64,000 nucleotides of DNA from an uncultured Rikenellaceae bacterium (lineage in GTDB: Bacteria; Bacteroidota; Bacteroidia; Bacteroidales; VadinHA17): assembly GCA_964633195.1 (NCBI GenBank), contig CAZWFL010000015.1:12764-76763 (forward strand), read 5' to 3'. This document shows positions 9,993 through 18,974 of the stretch, piece after piece; within the stretch, counting starts at the first letter, position 1; each line of letters begins with the position of its first letter. The notes below the pieces were generated by a model. It had not been told where the DNA came from, ran no database searches, and saw nothing but the letters and a program-made list of their open reading frames with translations. Made by a program: the position numbers and the translations under genes.

Positions 9993-10545
9993 TAACGATC
10001 TGTTTATTAAGTCCTGTAAATAAGTTCACTTTTCTCTGAAGGATCACTCTTGCCCTCGACAGATTTGATTTTGATGTTCCTTCGGAGATATTGATCATTT
10101 TACTTATCTCCCTGTGGGAATACCCTTCGATGGCAAAAAGGTTGAAAATCACCCTGTACTTCGGCGGCAGTTCTCTTATGATGTTGAGCAGATCCGTTGC
10201 CTCCAGACCCGGATAATCATCACTGAAGAGCTCTGCTTCCGATTCCGTTATCATTTCAATATCATCGACCCTGTAGAGGGTGTTCCTGTTCCGGAATTTC
10301 TCAAGGGCGGTATTGACTATAATACGGCGCATCCAGCCTTCAAAAGAACCTTCATGTTTGTAATGCACAAGATTTTCATAAATTTTTATGAAGCCTTCCT
10401 GAAGAATATCCCTGGCTTCCTCATCATTACCGGAGTATTGAAGGCAAACCGCATATAGCCTGGAAGCATGACGCCGGTACAGAAGTTCCTGATCTCTTCT
10501 GTTGCCGGCCAGGCAACCTTTTATTATATCTTTTAAGTCTGACAA
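9985..10545 (-). CDS. ECF-type RNA polymerase sigma-70 family factor
   Basis: Region 2 (..LYAVCLQYSGNDEEARDILQEGFIKIY..) and a region 4 HTH (..EGYSHREISKMINISEGTSKSNLSRAR..). Confidence 0.9.
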   Translation of the reverse strand: MSDLKDIIKGCLAGNRRDQELLYRRHASRLYAVCLQYSGNDEEARDILQEGFIKIYENLVHYKHEGSFEGWMRRIIVNTALEKFRNRNTLYRVDDIEMITESEAELFSDDYPGLEATDLLNIIRELPPKYRVIFNLFAIEGYSHREISKMINISEGTSKSNLSRARVILQRKVNLFTGLNKQIVNG

Positions 10546-10597
10546 GGTTTGAAACCTGATACAACCTATAAAGATATAAAAAATTTATAAAATTCCC

Positions 10598-10621
10598 AGC
10601 ATCATCATAAAGTATGATGCT
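10598..10621 (-). terminator. Possible intrinsic terminator downstream of lpd
   Basis: 8-bp stem AGCATCAT / ATGATGCT with an 8-nt loop. On the minus strand it is followed by a T-rich run (GGGAATTTTATAAATTTTTT). Confidence 0.4.
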
Positions 10622-10651
10622 ATTTATTCTATAATGGTTGCGTTTCGGATA

Positions 10652-12043
10652 TCACAAATGAATAACTTCATCCATGGCAGCAGCTGCAGCCTCCATAATT
10701 GCCTCTGACATAGTAGGATGAGGATGGATCGATTTAATCAGTTCATAAGCCGTGGTTTCCAGTTTTCTTGCAACAATTATTTCCGATATCAGTTCTGTAA
10801 CCCCGTCACCTATCATATGTGCCCCCAGCACCTCTCCGTAAACCGAGTCAAAGATGAGCTTGACAAAACCGTCCCTGGAGCCTGATGCATTTGCTTTACC
10901 GGAGGCGGTGAAAGGAAATTTACCAACCATTATGTCATAACCCGCCTCTTTTGCAGCACTTTCAGTGAGACCGCACGATGCTATCTCCGGGTTGGTATAT
11001 GTGCATGCCGGAATGTTTTTATAGTCAACCGGATCGGGGTTAAGTCCTGCCAGTTTCTCCGTGCATACGATGCCTTCTGCTGATGCTACATGAGCAAGAG
11101 CCGGCCCGTGAACTACATCACCAATGGCATGTATGCACTCTGCTGATGACCTGTAGAATTCGTCTACAACAATTTTACCGTTTTCGGTCTTAACACCTGC
11201 CTGTTCAAGTCCGATACCGGCTGTGTTCGGAACCACTCCCACAGCAGAGAGGACCACTTCGCATTCAATAGTCTCCGTTCCTTTCGGGGTTTTTACTGTT
11301 ACAATGCATTTGTCCCCCGAAAGGTCGGCTGACTCGACCGATGAACCTGTTAATACCTTAATTCCGCGCTTTTTAAAAGCTCTCTCAAGCTGTTTGGAGA
11401 CCTCTTCATCCTCATTCGGCACTATACGTGGTAAAAACTCAACCAGGGTCACATCTGTTCCTATTGTCCGGTAGAAATCGGCGAATTCACATCCGATGGC
11501 TCCCGACCCGACAACGACCATCGAAGCAGGCTGCTCCGCAAGGGTCATTGCTTCCCTGTACCCGATAATGGTCCTGCCGTCCTGCTTCAGGCCCGGGAGT
11601 TCTTTCGGCCGCGCACCGGTTGCAACTATAATGTTTCCTGCAGAATAACTGGTCTTCTTTCCTTCATCGTCTTCCACTTCGACACCGTTATTTCCTGTCA
11701 GCCGACCGAAACCTTTAATATGTGTAATATTATTTTTACGGAAAAGGAACTGCACACCCTTACTCATTCCCCCTGCAACATTCCGGCTGCGGGCAACAAT
11801 GGCACTGAAATCAGCCTTAATCTCTCCCCCGGCAATAATACCATAATCGGATGCATGGGTAAGATAATCGAACACCCTGGCACTCTTAAGCAGCGATTTG
11901 GTCGGTATGCAGCCCCAGTTCAGGCAGACACCTCCAAGCTCCTCTCTTTCGACCACGGCAACCTTCATTTTAAGGTGCGCTGCCCTGATTGCAGCCACAT
12001 AGCCTCCCGGGCCACTTCCTATAACGATAAGATCAAAATCCAT
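10652..12043 (-). CDS. lpd: Dihydrolipoyl dehydrogenase (E3)
   Basis: FAD fold GSGPGGY, redox-active disulfide GGVCLNWGCIPTK and a C-terminal dimerisation HPHPT motif. Confidence 0.95.
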   Translation of the reverse strand: MDFDLIVIGSGPGGYVAAIRAAHLKMKVAVVEREELGGVCLNWGCIPTKSLLKSARVFDYLTHASDYGIIAGGEIKADFSAIVARSRNVAGGMSKGVQFLFRKNNITHIKGFGRLTGNNGVEVEDDEGKKTSYSAGNIIVATGARPKELPGLKQDGRTIIGYREAMTLAEQPASMVVVGSGAIGCEFADFYRTIGTDVTLVEFLPRIVPNEDEEVSKQLERAFKKRGIKVLTGSSVESADLSGDKCIVTVKTPKGTETIECEVVLSAVGVVPNTAGIGLEQAGVKTENGKIVVDEFYRSSAECIHAIGDVVHGPALAHVASAEGIVCTEKLAGLNPDPVDYKNIPACTYTNPEIASCGLTESAAKEAGYDIMVGKFPFTASGKANASGSRDGFVKLIFDSVYGEVLGAHMIGDGVTELISEIIVARKLETTAYELIKSIHPHPTMSEAIMEAAAAAMDEVIHL

Positions 12044-12068
12044 AGTTATATCTTTTTTGCATTAATAA

Positions 12069-12917
12069 TTATCTGTTCCTGACCGGTATTCTCAGATCCT
12101 TTGACGGCCCCTTCCCGGCGAACCTGACCATAACCTTAACGATAACCCATATAATGACAAGCGTAAAAATAATTGTTGCTCCCACCGGTATTCCGGCAAA
12201 ATATGAGACGGCATAGCCAGTTGCCGTTCCTGCGAAGCCTGCCATAACCGCCCACAGGATAATCCTGCGGTATGATCTGGTAAGAAGCATTGCAATATTC
12301 GGCGGAATTGTCAGAAGTGATATTACCAGTACCACCCCCGCCATTCTGATATTCAACACAATGGTAAGGGCAATCAGGCTTGTTGTAATGTATTTAATAG
12401 TATTAACGTACGGAGAGTATGTCCTGGCAAACTCTTCGTCGAATGAGATGTAAATTATTGTCCTGTAAAAGATAATAAAATAAAAGATCAGTATTAAAGA
12501 TAGTATTCCGAGTGCTGCAATTTCAGCATTTGTTACCGTAAGAAGGCTCCCGAACAGGTAACCCATCAGGTTTGGAGCGTAACCCGGAGTGAGCCAGATA
12601 AATATAATACCGACAGCCATACCGAAAGCCCAAAGGATACCTATTGCTGAATCCTCCCGTATCTTCTGCCTTACTGAGAGATACTCGATACCCAGAGCCG
12701 ACAATATACCGAAGAGTGCCGCACCGGCAACAGGGCTGAATCCTGCAAAATACCCTATTCCTATCCCCCCGAACGATGCATGGGTAATGCCCCCGCTAAG
12801 GAACACCATCCTCCTGGTGACAATATAGGTACCTGCCAGCCCGGCCGTTATACTGGCAAAGAGTGCGCCAAGAAGCGACTTGATAATAAATCCGTATTGA
12901 AAAATACTCTCTGTCAC
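12069..12917 (-). CDS. Metal (Zn/Mn) ABC transporter permease, ABC-3 / ZnuB-like
   Basis: Polytopic hydrophobic protein in an operon with an ABC ATPase and a TroA-type binding protein. I prefer the GTG at 12917, 2 nt after the ATPase stop. The longest ORF start at 12980 would overlap the ATPase by 61 nt. Confidence 0.8.
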   Translation of the reverse strand: MTESIFQYGFIIKSLLGALFASITAGLAGTYIVTRRMVFLSGGITHASFGGIGIGYFAGFSPVAGAALFGILSALGIEYLSVRQKIREDSAIGILWAFGMAVGIIFIWLTPGYAPNLMGYLFGSLLTVTNAEIAALGILSLILIFYFIIFYRTIIYISFDEEFARTYSPYVNTIKYITTSLIALTIVLNIRMAGVVLVISLLTIPPNIAMLLTRSYRRIILWAVMAGFAGTATGYAVSYFAGIPVGATIIFTLVIIWVIVKVMVRFAGKGPSKDLRIPVRNR

Positions 12918-12919
12918 TG

Positions 12920-13663
12920 TTAATGATGTTTCAGAACTGTATGGGGTACATCTCCGTGTGTTATGAGCTGAATAGGGCAACCATACGCCAGAAGCTGTTC
13001 ATTGGTTATTTCAGATGAAGGATGATAATGCAGTGTCCGGTTTACACATGCAAACGACTTCACGTAAGCAGAAATAGTACCTATATCATGCGAAACCATG
13101 AGTATAGCCATCCGGTTATTCAGCTCACACAGTTTGCCATAAAAATCATTCTCGAAATTGGTGTCCACAAAATTACCCGGTTCATCAAGCAACAGAAGTT
13201 TAGGATCACCTATGACGGCCCTTCCCAGCAATACCCGCTGAAGTTCTCCTCCCGACAACTCATTCATGTGTGTATCTCTCATCCCCGCAAGTCCAAGCTC
13301 TTCAATCACTTCAGAAGCCTTTTTACGGTCAGGCCCTGTCATCGGGGCAAATAAACCCTTGCGGATCATGAGACCTGAAAGCAGCACATCCATTACAGTA
13401 ACAGGATAAGTCAGGTCGCCGGTCTGTAACTGAGGCAGATATCCTATTTGTTTACTGGTCAGTAGTTCAGTATTGAATATTACCGAACCTTTTAAGGGTT
13501 TTACCAGTCCCAGTATTACTCTCAGAAGGGTGGTTTTGCCTCCCCCGTTGGGGCCTATCACACCTATGAAATCATTCTCATTTACACTGAAATTAATTTC
13601 CTCAAGCACAATATTGCCATTATAGGCAGCCGCTAAAGAGACGATTTCAAATAATTGAGACAT
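12920..13663 (-). CDS. Metal ABC transporter ATP-binding protein (ZnuC-like)
   Basis: Walker A GPNGGGKTT, signature LSGGELQR and Walker B LLLLDEP. Confidence 0.9.
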   Translation of the reverse strand: MSQLFEIVSLAAAYNGNIVLEEINFSVNENDFIGVIGPNGGGKTTLLRVILGLVKPLKGSVIFNTELLTSKQIGYLPQLQTGDLTYPVTVMDVLLSGLMIRKGLFAPMTGPDRKKASEVIEELGLAGMRDTHMNELSGGELQRVLLGRAVIGDPKLLLLDEPGNFVDTNFENDFYGKLCELNNRMAILMVSHDIGTISAYVKSFACVNRTLHYHPSSEITNEQLLAYGCPIQLITHGDVPHTVLKHH

Positions 13664-13676
13664 TCCCCTTAATTAT

Positions 13677-14558
13677 TCATTTAGCAAAGCTATTATGCAG
13701 GGCGGACACAATATCTGTTACTGCAGTGTGCCAATCTTCTGAGAGAGGGTCAATTACTACCACTTCAGCCCCTGTCTCGGAAGCTAATGCCCTGGCATTC
13801 CTTATGTCATGCTCTTTCTGGACAAATATCACCCTTATATTCTCACTCAAAGCTCTGTCGATAAGCTCCTTCATTCTGGCTGGTGAAGGTTCTTTCCCCT
13901 CGTGTTCAAGTGCTATCTCCTCAAGGGCGTAATCCCTCGCCAGGTAACCCAGGGCAGGATGGAAGATCATAAATGCCCTGTCAGAAATATCAGCGAAAAG
14001 TCCGGTGGCCATTCTGTCAACCTCCTCAATTCCTGCCAATAGCTTTGTATAATTCAGTTCATACTGCCCGGCCCTGTCAGGATTAAGTTCCGCCAGAAGA
14101 TCCCTGATGGAGGAAGCAATGACCAGTGCCGACCTGGGAGAGAGCCAGTAATGAGGATCTGCCCCCTCAGTATGGCCGCCTTCATGGTCATGATCAGACT
14201 CAATAGGATCAATCTTTTCTCCAAGCGAGAGCCTCCTCATAACGGGATTGGCCTCATAGAAACGCTCGAGCCACATCATTTCAAAGCCCAGAAAACCATT
14301 GCTTATATATGCCACCGACCTTCTCAGATTATTCATCTGCTGCGGATAGGGCTCATAAATATGGGGGTCCGCTCCCGGAGGAACCATCACATTTACAGAA
14401 AAATCATCACCGGCAATCTGTTCAACAAAATACCTGAATGGCGCTATGCTTACACTAATAACAGGATCAGGTAATGAGGATCCCTTCCTGCCGCATGCGA
14501 TAAGCAGAACCGATGTTATCACAAAAAGAAATAGCGCCAATGAGTCTCTCTTCTTCAT
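13677..14558 (-). CDS. Metal ABC transporter substrate-binding lipoprotein (ZnuA/TroA family, probably zinc)
   Basis: Signal peptide plus lipobox (..LLIACG). His/Asp-rich loop DHDHEGGHTEGADPH typical of zinc-specific ZnuA. I prefer the ATG at 14558 over the GTG at 14585. Confidence 0.8.
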   Translation of the reverse strand: MKKRDSLALFLFVITSVLLIACGRKGSSLPDPVISVSIAPFRYFVEQIAGDDFSVNVMVPPGADPHIYEPYPQQMNNLRRSVAYISNGFLGFEMMWLERFYEANPVMRRLSLGEKIDPIESDHDHEGGHTEGADPHYWLSPRSALVIASSIRDLLAELNPDRAGQYELNYTKLLAGIEEVDRMATGLFADISDRAFMIFHPALGYLARDYALEEIALEHEGKEPSPARMKELIDRALSENIRVIFVQKEHDIRNARALASETGAEVVVIDPLSEDWHTAVTDIVSALHNSFAK

Positions 14559-14624
14559 AACTGATACAAATTTAACATATAACACAGAAAAAGGGTTAAG
14601 TGTTGCAAATAAAATAATATAAGC

Positions 14625-14632
14625 TATTTTTG
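14625..14632 (+). promoter_or_regulatory. Bacteroidota-type -7 box (TAnnTTTG: TATTTTTG) upstream of the M14 pair
   Basis: Exact match to the TAnnTTTG consensus. It lies about 155 nt upstream of the ATG at 14788, implying a long leader with small hairpins (AAACCT/AGGTTT at 14633-14654; CTGAATC at 14656-14662 versus GATTCAG at 14728-14734). Confidence 0.35.
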
Positions 14633-14787
14633 AAACCTTATAATTACCAGGTTTACTGAATCAATGAACAGAGCGGGTAAAGCGGTCTCTTCAGAGTTGA
14701 ATCAGCCAGGCTGTTGTTCACTTTTCCGATTCAGCAACCGGTCTGACCTAAAGGCAGATTAATCATTCAAATTATTGTGAATCTATA

Positions 14788-16404
14788 ATGAAAATTTACT
14801 CAAGAATCCTGATCCCGGTGCTTATTGCCGCCGGAGCACTGATAAACGTTAACCTTAACGGGCAGTATAACAATCACAGCGAGCTGACCAGCAAAGTAAA
14901 GGCTATGGCCTCGGAGTATCCGGCGCTATGCAGCGTGCAGTCGCTGGTAAAAACAGCCGGAGGCAAGGATATCTGGCTTATCTCAATAGGTGCGGGTGAC
15001 AGGGATGCCAGGCCCGGAATAGCAGTGACGGGAGGTGTTGAAGGCAATCATATACTTGGCAGGGAGCTTGCTCTGGGTTTTGCAGCATCTCTCCTTAAGG
15101 ATAGCAGGGAGCCGGAGGTGAAAGATCTTCTTGACAGGGTCACATTCTATGTGATGCCTGATGTAAGCCCCGATGCAACGGAACAGTTCTTTGCTTCACT
15201 TAAGTATGAAAGAACTGTAAATGCACGCCCCACTGACGATGACAGAGATTTCAGGTTAAATGAAGACCCCTTCGAGGACCTGAACAAAGACGGATACATA
15301 ACCCTTGTCCGTATATTGGACCCTGCGGGTTCATTTATTGAGAGTAATGAGGACGGAAGGATTATGAGGGAAGCGGATCTCTCAAAGGGTGAGTCAGGGA
15401 GATGGCTGGTTATCTCAGAAGGCACCGATAATGATGGAGATGGCAAATTCAATGAAGATGGTGAGGGAGGGGTCAATTTCAACAGGAACTTCTCCTATAA
15501 CTATCAGGAATTCGGACCCAATGCCGGCCTGCACGCAGTCTCTGAGCCTGAAACAAAAGCAGTTGCAGATTTCCTTTTTAACAGGTTCAATATTTATTTG
15601 ACCATTGCTTTCGGCCCCCAGGATAATCTCGGTCAGCCCCTGAAGTCGCCCGAAAGGCCGGCACAGGGAAGAATCATTACAGGCATAATGAAAAGCGACG
15701 AAGTCATCAACAAGCTTGTATCAGACAAATACCATGAGATAACAGGTGTGAAAGGTGCTCCACCGGTTGTTACCAGCAGGGGTAACTTCATGGAGTGGGC
15801 ATATTACCACTACGGAAGATACAGCTTCAGCACACCTGCATGGTGGTACCCCGCCGAAAAAGGAGTGAGCTCCGAAGCCGCCTTCCTCAGATTCGCCGAT
15901 AAGAATAAGATGAACGATGTTTTTGTCCCCTGGACAGAGATCATACACCCCGATTTCCCCGGGAAAAAGGCCGAAGTCGGAGGTATTAAGCCCTTTGTTA
16001 TGATCAATCCTCCGGCCGACTCCCTCCCTGCCCTCATCAGTGCCAATTACCGTTTCATAAAAGCTGTAGCTGCAATGCATCCCGAACTGGAGTTTCTCGA
16101 TGTTAAAAGTGAAAGTCCCGGAGACGGAATTTACAGAATCTCGCTTAAGGTTCGCAATAAGGGCATATTTGCGACATGCGCCGAGGTGGGTGATAATAAT
16201 ATCTGGACCAGGATCATGAGGATCACTGTTGAACCTTCAAAGGGACAGACCCTGCTCAGCGGCCAGAAGGTGCAGAGGATACCTAGACTGACGGGCGATC
16301 AGTCTGAGGAGTTCTCCTGGCTGATATCAGGAAAAGGGAACATAACCATAAAGGCCGGAGCAATTAATGTTGGCACTATCACCACAGCAATAAACCTGAA
16401 ATAA
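14788..16404 (+). CDS. M14 carboxypeptidase-like protein, catalytically degenerate paralog
   Basis: Aligns along its length with the next gene, including the Asp-rich loops DNDGDGKFNEDGEGG. The HxxE zinc motif reads E85-G-N-H88, the third zinc His is G276 (AFGPQD) and the catalytic Glu is P350 (FSTPAWW). Confidence 0.75.
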   Translation: MKIYSRILIPVLIAAGALINVNLNGQYNNHSELTSKVKAMASEYPALCSVQSLVKTAGGKDIWLISIGAGDRDARPGIAVTGGVEGNHILGRELALGFAASLLKDSREPEVKDLLDRVTFYVMPDVSPDATEQFFASLKYERTVNARPTDDDRDFRLNEDPFEDLNKDGYITLVRILDPAGSFIESNEDGRIMREADLSKGESGRWLVISEGTDNDGDGKFNEDGEGGVNFNRNFSYNYQEFGPNAGLHAVSEPETKAVADFLFNRFNIYLTIAFGPQDNLGQPLKSPERPAQGRIITGIMKSDEVINKLVSDKYHEITGVKGAPPVVTSRGNFMEWAYYHYGRYSFSTPAWWYPAEKGVSSEAAFLRFADKNKMNDVFVPWTEIIHPDFPGKKAEVGGIKPFVMINPPADSLPALISANYRFIKAVAAMHPELEFLDVKSESPGDGIYRISLKVRNKGIFATCAEVGDNNIWTRIMRITVEPSKGQTLLSGQKVQRIPRLTGDQSEEFSWLISGKGNITIKAGAINVGTITTAINLK

Positions 16405-16425
16405 AATATCGCAAAACCGATTATC

Positions 16426-18156
16426 ATGGAAAACCGAATAATAACAATCATTACATCGCTTGTATTTATCTTCATATCCGTAAGCAGCATGGCGCAGAAC
16501 GCCGAAATGTTCTTCAAGGCTGCAGGTTCACCGGTAAACCCTAAGGTACAGACAACCTGGAACAAGTATTATACCTATGAAGGAATCACCGACATATGCA
16601 GAAGGCTGGCCAGGGCATATCCCGATCTCGTTACCATGGAATCTGCAGGGAAGTCATACCAGGGAAGGGATATAATAGCCCTTACGATCTCATACAAAAA
16701 GAATCAGAATCCCGACTTTAAACCCGGTTTCTATATCGACGGCAACATCCATTCAAACGAGATACAGGGGACTGAAATGGCGCTTTATACCGCATGGTAT
16801 CTCTGCGAGATGTTCGAAGAGAATCAGTTCATAAACCAGCTGTTGAAAGACAAGGTATTCTATATATTACCCACAATAAATCCTGATGCCCGGGAATATT
16901 ACATGAATGAACCCAACACAGCCAGCTCCCCGAGGTCGGGTCTTGTGCCGGTTGACAATGACCGTGATGGCCTTTACGATGAGGATGGCTATGACGACCT
17001 GAATAACGATGGGATTATCAGTCAGATGAGAAGAAAGAACCCCGAGGGTCAATACCGGGCTGATCCGAAGGACCCGCGAAGAATGGTTCGGGTCACTCCC
17101 GGCGAAAAGGGTGATTATGAATTACTTGGACTGGAAGGGATAGACAACGACGGTGACGGTCTTGTAAACGAAGACGGCCCCGGAGGGTATGACCCCAACC
17201 GCGACTGGGGCTTTAACTGGCAGCCTTCCTATGTGCAGTCCGGAGCTGGCAAATACCCCTTCTATTTCCCCGAAAACCAGGCAGTGAGGGATTTCGGATT
17301 CAGACACAGGAACATAACCGGAGCACAATCATTTCACAACTCGGGGGGTATGATCCTGAGGGGGCCTTCCATACAGGGAGGAGGAGCAGAAGTATACAGC
17401 CGGGCTGACGAAGAGGTAATAAACTCCATAGGTAAAAAAGGGGAAACAATCATTCCCGGTTACAGGTTCCTTACTATTTGGAAAGATTTGTACACTGTAT
17501 ATGGCGGTGAGGTTGACTGGTGGTACGGGGCAATGGGATCGTACGTCTTCTCCAACGAACTATGGACAAGCTATCTGATGTTCTACGACACTGCAAACAC
17601 CGATCAGTACGAATTCGACAGGCTCCTTCTTTTTGAGGATGCCTTCATCCCATGGCAGGGGGTTGACCATCCGGTCTACGGTAAAATTGAGGTAGGCGGA
17701 TTCAGCAAGAACTTCGGCAGAACACACCCCGGTTTTCTTCTTGAAACAGATGCGCACAGAAATGCTGCTTTTTGTATTTATAATGCATGGGTTACACCCA
17801 AACTGGAAGTCTGGGATGTTAAGGTAAAGAACATCGGCAACGGATTAAAAGAGGTAACGGCAACAGTGTCAAACCGCCAGCTGATGCCGACACACTCGGG
17901 AACCAATTTGCGATATAAGATTGACCCGCCTGTCTATTGCCATATCGAAGGGGGTAGTGTCGTTGCAGGTATGATCGTGCTCGATGCTGACAGGAATATT
18001 ACCCGTGAGCAGAAAGAGAATCCGCAGAGGCTTGAAATTGAAAATATTGCCGGCTACCAGAGCGTTAAGCTTAAATGGCTGGTAAGGGGCGGCAATAAAT
18101 TCACCGTACGGGTTGAAAGCGTAAAGGGGGGAAGAGCTTCAGCCCATTCGGAATAA
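16426..18156 (+). CDS. M14 family zinc carboxypeptidase (intact active site)
   Basis: H109-S-N-E112 zinc motif, SFHNSGG (third His), FSNELW (catalytic Glu) and signal peptide. Asp-rich Ca-binding-like loops DNDRDGLYDEDGYDDLNNDG and DNDGDGLVNEDGPGG. Confidence 0.85.
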   Translation: MENRIITIITSLVFIFISVSSMAQNAEMFFKAAGSPVNPKVQTTWNKYYTYEGITDICRRLARAYPDLVTMESAGKSYQGRDIIALTISYKKNQNPDFKPGFYIDGNIHSNEIQGTEMALYTAWYLCEMFEENQFINQLLKDKVFYILPTINPDAREYYMNEPNTASSPRSGLVPVDNDRDGLYDEDGYDDLNNDGIISQMRRKNPEGQYRADPKDPRRMVRVTPGEKGDYELLGLEGIDNDGDGLVNEDGPGGYDPNRDWGFNWQPSYVQSGAGKYPFYFPENQAVRDFGFRHRNITGAQSFHNSGGMILRGPSIQGGGAEVYSRADEEVINSIGKKGETIIPGYRFLTIWKDLYTVYGGEVDWWYGAMGSYVFSNELWTSYLMFYDTANTDQYEFDRLLLFEDAFIPWQGVDHPVYGKIEVGGFSKNFGRTHPGFLLETDAHRNAAFCIYNAWVTPKLEVWDVKVKNIGNGLKEVTATVSNRQLMPTHSGTNLRYKIDPPVYCHIEGGSVVAGMIVLDADRNITREQKENPQRLEIENIAGYQSVKLKWLVRGGNKFTVRVESVKGGRASAHSE

Positions 18157-18161
18157 CATTA

Positions 18162-18809
18162 TCAGTAACTCTGAAGCGAAATCCTGAATTGACCGGTGGC
18201 ATTTTTAGCGCTTACCCTGAATGTCCATTCGCCGGCCTTGTCCTGATTCTCCTCCTCGCTGATGTTAAATGATTTTCTCCAGTTGAGGTTTCCGAATTCA
18301 TCTATCACTATGTCCGAATAGGTTTTGCCCCCGGGCATTATTATGCCAACACGGATCTCTCCCGATTTGCAGTCGCCATTGACTGACATTACGACCGACT
18401 TTGCACTCTTCTCAACGTCGAAAGAATAACTTTTGGAAAAAGTTGAACCCTTTACTACTCTCGAGAAATCCCATGTGGTCCTCTCAGAGTCGCTGCCGAA
18501 AGGAAAACCGTGCATAAACTCAACACCTCCGGGTGTTGTTACGACAACAGGATCTGAAAAGTTAAACGACCTTCCCGTTCCCCTGTAGACTCTCATCAGC
18601 TCATTAACCCTCGATGCAGCATCCTCTGCTTCTGTAACTGCCTCCTGTACCTCTTTCTCCTGCATCTTTTTCTGGACCTCAAATTCTTTCAGCTCCCTCA
18701 ACTCCCTTTCACGATCCTCCCGGGTCCTTTCCTGAGAGCGTGCCGGTTGAAGAGATGCGATTGAAATGAGCATCACAGTTGCTGTTAATAATAGTAAATT
18801 CTTTTTCAT
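18162..18809 (-). CDS. Secreted hypothetical protein (charged coiled N-region plus beta-rich C-domain)
   Basis: Signal peptide MKKNLLLLTATVMLISIASL from the ATG at 18809 (M21 of the ORF). I recognise no motif. It is divergent from the two-component system. Confidence 0.6.
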   Translation of the reverse strand: MKKNLLLLTATVMLISIASLQPARSQERTREDRERELRELKEFEVQKKMQEKEVQEAVTEAEDAASRVNELMRVYRGTGRSFNFSDPVVVTTPGGVEFMHGFPFGSDSERTTWDFSRVVKGSTFSKSYSFDVEKSAKSVVMSVNGDCKSGEIRVGIIMPGGKTYSDIVIDEFGNLNWRKSFNISEEENQDKAGEWTFRVSAKNATGQFRISLQSY

Positions 18810-18974
18810 GACTGCCTCTTTTTTCTGGTTTAAAGATCTTTTCTTTACTGATTCAAAGATAGTGCCCATAAGCCGGTTTTTCTGTTAATGCAGGGTTAAC
18901 GTAAGGTTAATGTTTATCCTCCTGTTCATTCCTATTATTAAAATGAATAAATTTGAAAGTGTAAACCATGAGTA

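Noticed and set aside
12918-12980. Longest-ORF start of the ABC permease, overlapping the ATPase gene by 61 nt
   Set aside because: The extension (MPYSAHNTRRCTPYSSETSL..) is hydrophilic and unlike ABC-3 permease N-termini. A GTG 2 nt after the ATPase stop fits operon coupling better.
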